Below are positions 46,960 to 55,177 of a stretch of DNA of 55,177 nt, in pieces. The notes beneath the pieces are model-generated. The model was not told where the DNA came from. It searched no databases and saw only the letters and a list, made by a program, of their open reading frames with translations. Position numbers and translations under genes: made by a program. The first letter of the stretch is position 1; each line of letters opens with the position of its first letter. Source of the stretch: a virus (taxonomy: Duplodnaviria; Caudoviricetes); IMG/VR virus record IMGVR_UViG_3300034101_000800, positions 1 through 55,177 of that record; one strand, written 5' to 3'.

Positions 46960-49900
46960 TCATGCCGGTGCCGGTGGTGGAACTGATAAGGCGTCCAAGT
47001 CTACTGAACTCCCTACTCCGGTAGTAAATGCGGTTACTGGGAACAGGTTGATAGTCTCTAGAATGCCATCATACGCCTCTTGGCCACCGAGTGCAGTAAC
47101 AACATTCCACTCCGGCAAATACGTTCCAGTTTCAACCCACACCTTGACTGCATTGCTGTAGTGCAACTGGTAAGCAGACCATGCAAACTTGATAAATCTA
47201 TGCAAAGCAGGAGCGTACCATCCTTGACCTGTTCCTATACCGGCCATCGCACCCAACCGAGGATCGTTAGGATCGCTTGGATCTGCATTGTCTAGTAGTG
47301 CAACCCGATACAGTTTTCTCCACAAGTTTATTTCATTGTACAGCGCCTGCCGTTCAGAGGTATAACTTCTGCCATCAGTATGCCTGTATGGCCAGTTTAA
47401 TCCGTCCGGTGTGTTGGGGGTCTGGGGATGCGAAGCAATCCAGGCTGCGAGTGTTTGGTTGGATTCCAGCCCAAGTCTTGCAATTTCTTGACGCATTGCC
47501 AGTGGATACCTATCAATAACCGAATACCATCTAGCAACTTTAAGATCTTCTCCGTTCGAACCGGGATCGTCATACCCCCATCTAGTTCCATCAGGACCAG
47601 TTATACTGGTGGGGAAATCAGTAATGAGATACTGTGTGATATTTGGATTGGTTGCAGATACTGATGTCCACCAAGCGCCTTGTTGGACGGTTTGGCTTGC
47701 TGAAAGAGTTTGAGGGTACGCAGTAGTCCACCACATAACTGCACCCGGTTCTTTGATGCCTGCGTCGATAATTGGCTGGATTTGAAGGTCTATGAAATCT
47801 CGAACGCTGAGTACTTTGTCCCAACATCTCCAGTTTTCGTAACAGTCGCCTACTACTCCGCTAGGAGAGGTGGCCTCATTGCCTGCTCCGCGGCCTTGGC
47901 AGTCAGGATTACACATGGTGGTGAAGAACCAACCACGATACTCACTACCGCGTTCTATAGCATTACCTGCGCCCCAAAGCAGGGAACTAACTGCAGCGTA
48001 AACCGGTTTACCGGTACGCGCAGATATTTCTAGTCGATCTTTCAGGCACTCTGACCAAGATTGGGCAACCTGCTGCGCGCCGGCCCACGGAGTTTGCTTA
48101 AAGTACGGTGAGTAGTAAGGGCCTTGTGGGTTGTTGTTGTTTACGTTTCCATTCACGCCGGTGCCTATAACTGCGGAACTGTAAAGAGTATACAGAGTGG
48201 GCTGTATGTAATCAGATGCATCTATAATGCTTTGCACTCGATCAAGCGAATACGTTTTAAGGTCATTTCGGAGATCTTGATCAAGATTGATGTAGTAATT
48301 GCCTATACTATTGCCGAGGCCGTCGCGTAAGAGCGGCGAGCCCCACAGATCTACAGTTGGGAATCCATAGTAACCTGTTGGTTTACCTGCAAATCCCATA
48401 TCTGCTTCCGGTGCGGTTCTCATGTAGTTTGCAAGAGCAACCAAGTTGTCTACCATTGTGCGGTAGGTAACCTCAATGTTTTCTCCGCTGGTTCCGCTTA
48501 ACTGATGATAGATGTAGTCCTTTGATTCAGGAAGCAGAGGATCTATCCGCACAGCCTCCGGGCAGTTGTTTCTGTCTGGACATCCTCTTTGCTCCCAGTC
48601 TGTATAGTTGCTCCAATAGTTAAAGATTGATTGAGGATATAAAACTTCTCCAGTTTTAAACTCAAAGTCCAAGTTTGTAATCGTATACTCGTCTATACCT
48701 CTGGCATCCTGGAAATTGGAGTCTGATCGTTGCAGGCCCCATCCCCAACGGCCACGAACACTTCGATTGCACTTCGACCTACTCGCTTCAGAGGTTACTG
48801 ACCATTGCAAATCCGTTGTGTTGGCTGACCAAACTGCACCGGTGCCGTCGGTGCTGGTGGGCCCGTTAGGATCACATGGTCTACCAAGAGCATCAAATCT
48901 GGGACCAGTAATCATAATCCAGTAGTTGTTACGAGGATCTTCTCCACCAGGCTCACCTAAAGCGTATGGCCATTGTTCTACATTATTTTCGTACAGGAAG
49001 AAGCACATGCCTCCGTACATGGAACCCAAAACCTGTTCGTATTGCCAGTCTAGTTCCTTTGACGGGATTTCTCCGTAGAACAAAGTAAACTGCGGCTGTG
49101 GCGGAAGTGGTGGACAAAGATCGGGAATAAGCGTACTACTACATGTGCGTCCAACGCCTTCAAACTGGTATACACTCGATTGCGCCCCGAGCGCAACAGC
49201 AAAACATTGTTGCGATGAGGAAACATCCGTACAAAGCGTTTGTTGTGTTGGAGTTCCTTGGTTCAAGCAATAGAAACAGGCTCCAACAGTTGCCGGTGTC
49301 CCTGTTGGTGTGGGAGTGGGTGTGCTTGTAGGTGTAAGTGTTGGTGTGTTTGTGGGTGTTTGTGTCTGTGTAGGCGTCTGTGTTGGTGTTTGTGTAGGCG
49401 TCTGTGTAGGAGTTTCTGTGGGTGTGGGTGTGTTTGTAGGCGTTTGTGTAGGTGTTTGGGTCTGTGTTGGCGTCTGTGTTGGCGTCTGTGTTGGGGTTTC
49501 TGTGGGTGTTTGTGTCTGTGTGGGCGTCTGTGTTGGCGTCTGTGTGGGTGTTTCCGCCGGAGTACCACCTGGCGTCTGTGTAGGCGTCTGTGTAGGCGTC
49601 TGTGTAGGCGTCTGTGTAGGAGTTTCTGTGGGTGTGGGTGTGTTTGTGGGCGTTTGTGTGGGTGAATGTGTGGATGTTGGTGTTACAGATGCAGAGGCAC
49701 CAGGCGTCTGCGTGGGTGTCTGTGTTGGTGTTTGTGTAGGTGTGTTCGTGGGCGTTTGTGTTGGACTACCAGTTGGTGTTTGCGTGGGTGTTGGTGTTGT
49801 AGTCGGAGTTTGTGTTTGCGATAGCGTTTCTGTTACAGACGGGGTTGGAGTCTGTGTAGCAGAGACTGTATGAGATGGTGTTACTGTTGGTGTAACTGTT

Positions 49901-52900
49901 CTAGTAACTGTCGTGGTGGGGGTTACGGTAACAGAAGGCGTTACTGTTACTGTTGGTGTGGGATCCGGTACGACTTCTTCTTCGGCGTCTGTGCCACACG
50001 CAAACGTATTTTGCCAGTTAGGTATACATTGATACGCACTACGGCATGCAGTTTCTTCATCACATATCGTGGTGGTTCTGCCTATTGCTCCAGTTGTGGT
50101 GATTTCTGAATTGTTATAGAGAGGTAGTTCTGAATCTGCAATCCATGAGAATCTAAGTCTACGCAATCCACCAGTTCCGTCTAGTTTCTTTATGCCGGTT
50201 TCAACTGTAAATTTACGAGAATCCGCTTGCTCAACATTTATATCAAACACCGAAGTTGCGCCTTGTTCTGGCGTGATGAAAATGTTTGGGTTGTTTCTCT
50301 TTGTTCGTTTTAGTTGAACCAGTTTAAACATGCCTGGGTTTAGACTCACAGATTCCATAGAAACTGTCATGGTACTGGTTCCAGTTTCATAGAACCTCTG
50401 ACACTTTTCTAGTGTCTTGTACTGGTCTTCGTACACATAGTCGTGTGCTTCATTTCCTTCTTCCAATTGTACATTGGCAAGACTTACTACTCCTGTATAA
50501 ACAAAGTCATCCAAACTGTGCAAACACGGAGAAGATTTAATCACTTCCGGTGCATTAGATGGAGTTACGCTTGGGGTTGGAGTATGTGTAGGAGTTGGTG
50601 TATGTGAAGGAGTTTGTGTAGGCGTCTTTGTAGGCGTCTTTGTAGGCGTCTGTGTGGGTGTCTGTGTCTTTGTAGGCGTCTGCGTAGGTGTCTGTGTAGG
50701 TGTGTTTGTGGGCGTGCTTGTGGGTGTTTGTGTTGGTGTAGGTGTCTTTGTAGGCGTCTTTGTGGGTGTGTGTGTTGGTGTAGGTGTCTTTGTAGGCGTC
50801 TTTGTGGGTGTCTGTGTAGGAGTTTGGGTTGGTGTAGGTGTCTGTGTAGGCGTCTGTGTAGGTGTTTCGGTTGGTGTCTGCGTAGGCGTCTGTGTAGGAG
50901 TTTGGGTTGGTGTCTGTGTAAGTGTTTCGGTTGGTGTCTGCGTAGGTGTCTGTGTAGGTGTTTCGGTGGGTGTCTGCGTTGGTGTCTGTGTCTGCGAAGG
51001 CGTCTGTGTGGGTGTCTGTGTGGGTGTTTCCGCCGGAGTACCGTTCGGTGTCCGCGAAGGCGTCTGTGTAGGTGTTTCGGTGGGTGTCTGCGTTGGTGTC
51101 TGTGTGGGTGTCTGTGTCTGCGAAGGCGTCTGTGTGGGTGTCTGTGTCTGTGAAGGCGTCTGTGTGGGTGTGTTTGTAGGCGTCTGTGTAGGCGTCTGTG
51201 TAGGAGTTTGGGTTGGTGTAGGTGTCTGTGTAGGAGTTTGGGTTGGTGTAGGCGTCTGTGTAGGTGTTTGGGTTGGTGTCTGTGTAGGTGTTTGGGTTGG
51301 TGTCTGTGTGGGTGTCTGTGTCTGTGTGGGTGTTTGTGTTGGTGTCTGTGTCTGCGAAGGCGTCTGTGTTGGAGTTTCTGTCGGTGTCTGTGATGGCGTT
51401 TGTGTTGGTGTCTGTGTCTGCGAAGGCGTCTGTGTTGGAGTTTCTGTCGGTGTTTGTGATGGCGTTTGTGTTGGTGTCTGTGTCTGCGAAGGCGTCTGTG
51501 TAGGTGTTTCGGTGGGTGTCTGCGTTGGTGTCTGTGTTGGTGTCTGTGTCTGCGAAGGCGTCTGTGTAGGTGTTTCGGTGGGTGTCTGCGTTGGTGTCTG
51601 TGTGGGTGTCTGTGTCTGCGAAGGCGTCTGTGTGGGTGTTTGAGTTGGTGTTTCTGCAGGCGTCTGCGTGGGTGTCTGTGTGGGTGTGTTTGTAGGCGTC
51701 TGTGTAGGTGTCTGTGTAGCCGTCTGTGAAGGCGTCTGCGAAGGCGTCTGCGTGGGTGTGTTTGTAGGCGTCTGTGTAGGCGTCTGTGTAGGCGTCTGTG
51801 TGGGTGTTTGAGTTGGTGTCTGTGTCTGCGAAGGCGTCTGTGTAGGTGTTTGGGTTGGTGTCTGTGTAGGCGTCTGTGTAGGAGTTTGGGTTGGTGTAGG
51901 TGTCTGTGTAGGTGTTTGGGTTGGTGTCTGTGTAGGCGTCTGTGTGGGTGTCTGTGTCTGCGAAGGCGTCTGTGTGGGAGTTTCTGTGGGTGTCTGTGTG
52001 GGTGTGTTTGTAGGCGTCTGTGTCTGTGTAGGTGTTTGGGTTGGTGTCTGTGTGGGTGTTTGGGTTGGTGTCTGTGTCTGTGAAGGCGTCTGCGAAGGCG
52101 TCTGCGTGGGTGTGTTTGTAGGCGTCTGTGATGGCGTTTGTGTTGGTGTCTGTGTCTGTGAAGGCGTCTGTGTGGGTGTTTGAGTTGGTGTCTGTGTGGG
52201 TGTTTGAGTTGGTGTCTGTGTCTGCGTGGGTGTGTTTGTAGGCGTCTGTGTAGGCGTCTGTGTGGGAGTTTCTGTGGGTGTGTGTGTGGGTGTCTGTGTA
52301 GGTGTCTGTGTAGGTGTAGGTGTTTCTGTGGGCGTATGTGAAGGCGTTTGTGTCTGAGAGGGTGTTTGTGTTGGAGTTGGTGTTTGAGTCGGACATATAT
52401 CGGTGACATCAGCACATGTACTACCTACACCGTACCACCTCCAGCAGTTCGGAAACGCACCCGACGCTAACGCCGCGCCGAGGCATCCGCCTTCGCCCTG
52501 CGTAATGGTGCATTCTTCCACTTGCTGCGGTGTACCACAGAATTTACAAACCCAACAGGCTCCGAATCCACCCGTTGGTGTAATAGTAGGAGTGGGTGTC
52601 TGTGTGGGAGTTTCTGTGGGTGTCTGTGTGGGTGTGGGAGTTTCGGTGGGTGTCTGTGTGGGTGTCTGTGTGGGAGTTTCTGTGGGTGTCTGTGTAGGTG
52701 TCTGTGTAGGTGTCTGTGTAGGTGTCTGTGTTGGTGTCTGTGTCTGTGAAGGCGTCTGTGTGGGTGTTTGAGTTGGTGTCTGTGATGGCGTTTGTGTTGG
52801 TGTCTGTGTCTGTGAAGGCGTCTGTGTTGGAGTTTCTGTCGGTGTTTGTGATGGCGTTTGTGTTGGTGTCTGTGTCTGTGAAGGCGTCTGTGTAGGCGTG

Positions 52901-55176
52901 TTTGTGGGTGTGTTTGTGGGTGTGTTTGTGGGTGTCTGCGTAGGCGTCTGTGTGGGTGTCTGTGAGGGTGTACTAGCCGGTGTACCGCCTGGTGTCTTTG
53001 AGGGTGTTTGTGTAGGTGTGTTTGTAGGCGTCTGTGTGTTTGTAGGTGTCTGCGTGGGTGTGTTTGTAGGCGTCTGCGTAGGCGTCTTTGTAGGCGTCTG
53101 TGTGTTTGTAGGTGTCTTTGTAGGCGTCTGTGTGTTTGTAGGTGTCTGCGTAGGTGTCTGCGTAGGTGTCTTTGTAGGCGTCTTTGTAGGCGTCTGTGTG
53201 TTTGTAGGTGTCTGCGTAGGCGTCTGCGTAGGTGTCTGCGTAGGCGTCTTTGTAGGCGTCTGTGTGTTTGTAGGTGTCTGCGTAGGCGTCTTTGTAGGTG
53301 TCTGCGTAGGTGTCTTTGTGGGTGTCTGTGTGGGTGTAGGTGTCTTTGTGGGTGTCTTTGTGGGTGTCTGTGTGGGTGTAGGTGTCTTTGTGGGTGTCTT
53401 TGTGGGTGTCTGTGTGGGTGTAGGTGTAGCACTTTGTACTACCGTACTGCAAGAACTGCTACCGGTTTCACATGGGAAACCAAGTACCGCTGCTATGTTC
53501 TGCGGAGTCATGTTTTGTAGCCAAGACCAATCGGTACAACTGCAGGATATGGTTGGATCATCTGGATCACATATATCGCAGCCGGCCGCGGTACTTACAA
53601 TTGAGCCCACAAGGCAGCATCTTAGACGCTCAGGGTCCGGATCAAATGGATTTGCACTATTAAGCCAGTCTGTGGGACACCCCTGCTCCGCGAAGTCACT
53701 ACCAAGCATCGATATACTACCGCTGAGCCCGCCGCAAGTCCCTGGCGAGGCCGCGCACGGCGTGCAGATGCCGCTCACGCATCGCTTATAAACCACCCCG
53801 GCGCCGAGTGGTGCAGACTCATATCCACAGCAGTTTGCATCCGCCCGTATTTCGTCTACACAAATCCTGCACGGCTGGCCATTGCCCGGGCACACGCAGG
53901 TGTAGTCTACCGTAATCCTACACTCGCCCACACCAAGTCCAATTGGAATATTTTCTTCCAAACTGTCTACACCTAGATCTAAATCTAACGCTGCGCTTCT
54001 AAGAGCAATAGAGGCAGGAGAACAATCAGATCCGCGTGACATCTGGGTCCAGAAATACACACCCAAGTAATCGTCCCCGTTGTTGCCAATCACCTTTCCG
54101 TCAATGTCTGGAATTTCTACACTAATGTCGTATCGCTTCCAAGAACGATCCAACTGTATAGAAATTAGCGGAGAGAACACAGGAGAACTGGTTCCTAGTA
54201 TTGGGTCGTAATCAAAAGAATCGCAGCCAGAAATACCACTAGTTTCTGGCGACTCTATTTCAATTCCGTGTAGTTCGCTACACAGGCCAACAGTAGATGC
54301 GTTTGCACAGGAAGCAAACGTGAGATCTTCAGCAGGATCTTCAGCAAAGAAACCAATACATGTACTTTGTATTAACGATTCATCCATTTCTACAACAGCA
54401 ACACCACATCCATTACACGGGAACGGAGTTGGTGAAGGTGTGGGTGGAACGGAAGCACACGGAGTTCTCGATGGTGTTGGAGTGGGAGTAGATGTGCTTG
54501 TAGGTGTCTGTGTAGGCGTCTGTGTAGGCGTCTGTGTGGGTGTTTGAGTTGGTGTCTGTGTCTGTGTAGGCGTCTGTGTGGGTGTTTGAGTTGGTGTTTC
54601 TGCAGGCGTCTGTGAAGGCGTTTGTGTAGGTGTCTGCGTGGGCGTGGGAGTTTCGGTGGGTGTGTTTGTGGGTGTTTGGGTTGGTGTTTCTGCAGGCGTC
54701 TGCGTGGGTGTCTGTGTGGGTGTGGGAGTTTCTGCCGGTGTCTGCGAAGGCGTCTGTGTAGGCGTCTGTGTGGGAGTTTCTGTCGGTGTCTGCGTGGGCG
54801 TCTGTGTGGGTGTGGGTGTACTAGTTGGCGTCTGCGAAGGCGTCTGTGTAGGCGTCTGTGTGGGAGTTTCTGCCGGTGTACCGGCTGGTGTCCGTGAAGG
54901 CGTCTGTGTAGGTGTCTGTGTAGCCGTCTGTGTAGGTGTCTGCGTAGGCGTCTGTGTAGGTGTCTGTGTAGCCGTCTGTGTAGGTGTCTGCGTAGGCGTC
55001 TGTGTAGGAGTTTGTGTAGGCGTCTGTGTAGGAGTTTGTGTAGGTGTCTGTGTAGGTGTCTGTGTAGGTGTCTGTGTAGGTGTACTGGCTGGTGTACCTG
55101 TTGGTGTACTGGCTGGTGTACCTGTTGGTGTACTGGCTGGTGTACCTGTTGGTGTACTGGCTGGTGTACCTGTTGG
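46960..55176 (-). CDS. Giant mucin-like (TPTQ-repeat) putative virion fibre protein, >2,738 aa, 5' end beyond the window
   Basis: The frame stays open upstream of the track's ATG 54387 (...[34 protein letters not shown]) to the window edge; four T-P-T-x tracts, Cys-rich modules and globular domains. Confidence 0.9.
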   Translation of the reverse strand, partial: PTGTPASTPTGTPASTPTGTPASTPTGTPASTPTQTPTQTPTQTPTQTPTQTPTQTPTQTPTQTPTQTATQTPTQTPTQTPTQTATQTPTQTPSRTPAGTPAETPTQTPTQTPSQTPTSTPTPTQTPTQTPTETPTQTPTQTPSQTPAETPTPTQTPTQTPAETPTQTPTNTPTETPTPTQTPTQTPSQTPAETPTQTPTQTPTQTQTPTQTPTQTPTQTPTQTPTSTSTPTPTPSRTPCASVPPTPSPTPFPCNGCGVAVVEMDESLIQSTCIGFFAEDPAEDLTFASCANASTVGLCSELHGIEIESPETSGISGCDSFDYDPILGTSSPVFSPLISIQLDRSWKRYDISVEIPDIDGKVIGNNGDDYLGVYFWTQMSRGSDCSPASIALRSAALDLDLGVDSLEENIPIGLGVGECRITVDYTCVCPGNGQPCRICVDEIRADANCCGYESAPLGAGVVYKRCVSGICTPCAASPGTCGGLSGSISMLGSDFAEQGCPTDWLNSANPFDPDPERLRCCLVGSIVSTAAGCDICDPDDPTISCSCTDWSWLQNMTPQNIAAVLGFPCETGSSSCSTVVQSATPTPTQTPTKTPTKTPTPTQTPTKTPTKTPTPTQTPTKTPTQTPTKTPTQTPTNTQTPTKTPTQTPTQTPTQTPTNTQTPTKTPTKTPTQTPTQTPTNTQTPTKTPTNTQTPTKTPTQTPTNTPTQTPTNTQTPTNTPTQTPSKTPGGTPASTPSQTPTQTPTQTPTNTPTNTPTNTPTQTPSQTQTPTQTPSQTPTETPTQTPSQTQTPTQTPSQTPTQTPTQTPSQTQTPTQTPTQTPTQTPTQTPTETPTQTPTQTPTETPTPTQTPTETPTQTPTPTITPTGGFGACWVCKFCGTPQQVEECTITQGEGGCLGAALASGAFPNCWRWYGVGSTCADVTDICPTQTPTPTQTPSQTQTPSHTPTETPTPTQTPTQTPTHTPTETPTQTPTQTPTNTPTQTQTPTQTPTQTPTQTPTQTPSQTQTPTQTPSQTPTNTPTQTPSQTPSQTQTPTQTPTQTPTQTPTQTQTPTNTPTQTPTETPTQTPSQTQTPTQTPTQTPTQTPTQTPTPTQTPTQTPTQTPTQTPTQTPSQTQTPTQTPTQTPTQTPTQTPTNTPTQTPSQTPSQTATQTPTQTPTNTPTQTPTQTPAETPTQTPTQTPSQTQTPTQTPTQTPTETPTQTPSQTQTPTQTPTQTPTETPTQTPSQTQTPTQTPSQTPTETPTQTPSQTQTPTQTPSQTPTETPTQTPSQTQTPTQTPTQTQTPTQTPTQTPTQTPTQTPTQTPTPTQTPTQTPTPTQTPTQTPTQTPTNTPTQTPSQTQTPTQTPSQTQTPTQTPTQTPTETPTQTPSRTPNGTPAETPTQTPTQTPSQTQTPTQTPTETPTQTPTQTPTETLTQTPTQTPTQTPTQTPTETPTQTPTQTPTPTQTPTQTPTKTPTKTPTPTHTPTKTPTKTPTPTQTPTSTPTNTPTQTPTQTPTKTQTPTQTPTKTPTKTPTQTPSHTPTPTHTPTPSVTPSNAPEVIKSSPCLHSLDDFVYTGVVSLANVQLEEGNEAHDYVYEDQYKTLEKCQRFYETGTSTMTVSMESVSLNPGMFKLVQLKRTKRNNPNIFITPEQGATSVFDINVEQADSRKFTVETGIKKLDGTGGLRRLRFSWIADSELPLYNNSEITTTGAIGRTTTICDEETACRSAYQCIPNWQNTFACGTDAEEEVVPDPTPTVTVTPSVTVTPTTTVTRTVTPTVTPSHTVSATQTPTPSVTETLSQTQTPTTTPTPTQTPTGSPTQTPTNTPTQTPTQTPTQTPGASASVTPTSTHSPTQTPTNTPTPTETPTQTPTQTPTQTPTQTPGGTPAETPTQTPTQTPTQTQTPTETPTQTPTQTPTQTQTPTQTPTNTPTPTETPTQTPTQTPTQTPTQTQTPTNTPTLTPTSTPTPTPTGTPATVGACFYCLNQGTPTQQTLCTDVSSSQQCFAVALGAQSSVYQFEGVGRTCSSTLIPDLCPPLPPQPQFTLFYGEIPSKELDWQYEQVLGSMYGGMCFFLYENNVEQWPYALGEPGGEDPRNNYWIMITGPRFDALGRPCDPNGPTSTDGTGAVWSANTTDLQWSVTSEASRSKCNRSVRGRWGWGLQRSDSNFQDARGIDEYTITNLDFEFKTGEVLYPQSIFNYWSNYTDWEQRGCPDRNNCPEAVRIDPLLPESKDYIYHQLSGTSGENIEVTYRTMVDNLVALANYMRTAPEADMGFAGKPTGYYGFPTVDLWGSPLLRDGLGNSIGNYYINLDQDLRNDLKTYSLDRVQSIIDASDYIQPTLYTLYSSAVIGTGVNGNVNNNNPQGPYYSPYFKQTPWAGAQQVAQSWSECLKDRLEISARTGKPVYAAVSSLLWGAGNAIERGSEYRGWFFTTMCNPDCQGRGAGNEATSPSGVVGDCYENWRCWDKVLSVRDFIDLQIQPIIDAGIKEPGAVMWWTTAYPQTLSASQTVQQGAWWTSVSATNPNITQYLITDFPTSITGPDGTRWGYDDPGSNGEDLKVARWYSVIDRYPLAMRQEIARLGLESNQTLAAWIASHPQTPNTPDGLNWPYRHTDGRSYTSERQALYNEINLWRKLYRVALLDNADPSDPNDPRLGAMAGIGTGQGWYAPALHRFIKFAWSAYQLHYSNAVKVWVETGTYLPEWNVVTALGGQEAYDGILETINLFPVTAFTTGVGSSVDLDALSVPPPAPA
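49295..49970 (-). repeat. Degenerate 12-bp coding repeat tract (TPTQ/TPTV)
   Basis: GT-rich periodic sequence on the plus strand. Confidence 0.9.
50560..52390 (-). repeat. Longest degenerate 12-bp coding repeat tract ([16 protein letters not shown])
   Basis: About 1.8 kb of GGCGTCTGTGTA-type units with higher-order duplications. Confidence 0.95.
52570..53430 (-). repeat. Degenerate 12-bp coding repeat tract ([12 protein letters not shown])
   Basis: Directly visible periodicity. Confidence 0.95.
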
Positions 55177-55177
55177 T
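54470..55177 (-). repeat. TPTQ tract ending in a perfect 24-bp repeat (TPTGTPAS) at the window edge
   Basis: GGTGTACTGGCTGGTGTACCTGTT repeated four times at about 55079-55174. Confidence 0.95.

Noticed and set aside
54385-54387. ORF-track start of the giant protein at ATG 54387
   Set aside because: The frame is open upstream to the window edge and there is no RBS; this is an internal Met.
49240-54897. Long plus-strand ORFs (GVCV, CRRL repeats) and alternative minus-frame ORFs (HRHP, DTYT repeats)
   Set aside because: Stop-free shadows of the 12-bp TPTQ repeat; only the TPTQ frame connects to the globular domains.
50560-55177. Possible CRISPR array or telomere-like GT repeat
   Set aside because: No constant repeat with unique spacers; variation is codon-structured within an open frame.

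Overview
The window is a 55 kb piece of a T4-like (Tevenvirinae/Kyanoviridae-type gene order) myophage genome, with all credible genes on the minus strand. In transcription order (right to left) it encodes: a giant (>2,738 aa, N-terminus outside the window) mucin-like Thr/Pro/Gln-repeat fibre protein with Cys-rich modules and a hyaluronidase (GH56)-like C-terminus; a second fibre-like gene; the neck/packaging/tail/head core gp13-14-15-16-17-18-19-20-(insert)-gp67/68-like-21-22-23-3; uvsY, dCMP deaminase, uvsW, gp55, gp47, gp46; an island with two methyltransferases, a PLP enzyme and a degenerate glutamine synthetase; rnh, gp45, gp44, groES, gp62, regA; an AT-richer island of six glycosyltransferase-like and three methyltransferase genes; a secreted lysozyme-like gene; and DNA polymerase gp43 (truncated at the left edge). 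The best candidate for a new system is a phage-encoded mucin-type O-glycosylation pathway: a GT60/Gnt1-like polypeptide GlcNAc transferase, PLOD-like, GT25 and HtrL-like transferases and sugar methyltransferases, in the same genome as a virion-module protein with hundreds of Thr acceptor sites. A set of sigma70-type promoters with an invariant 16-nt spacer, several giving leaderless mRNAs, is also visible. All family calls come from motif recognition by eye; no database search was run.
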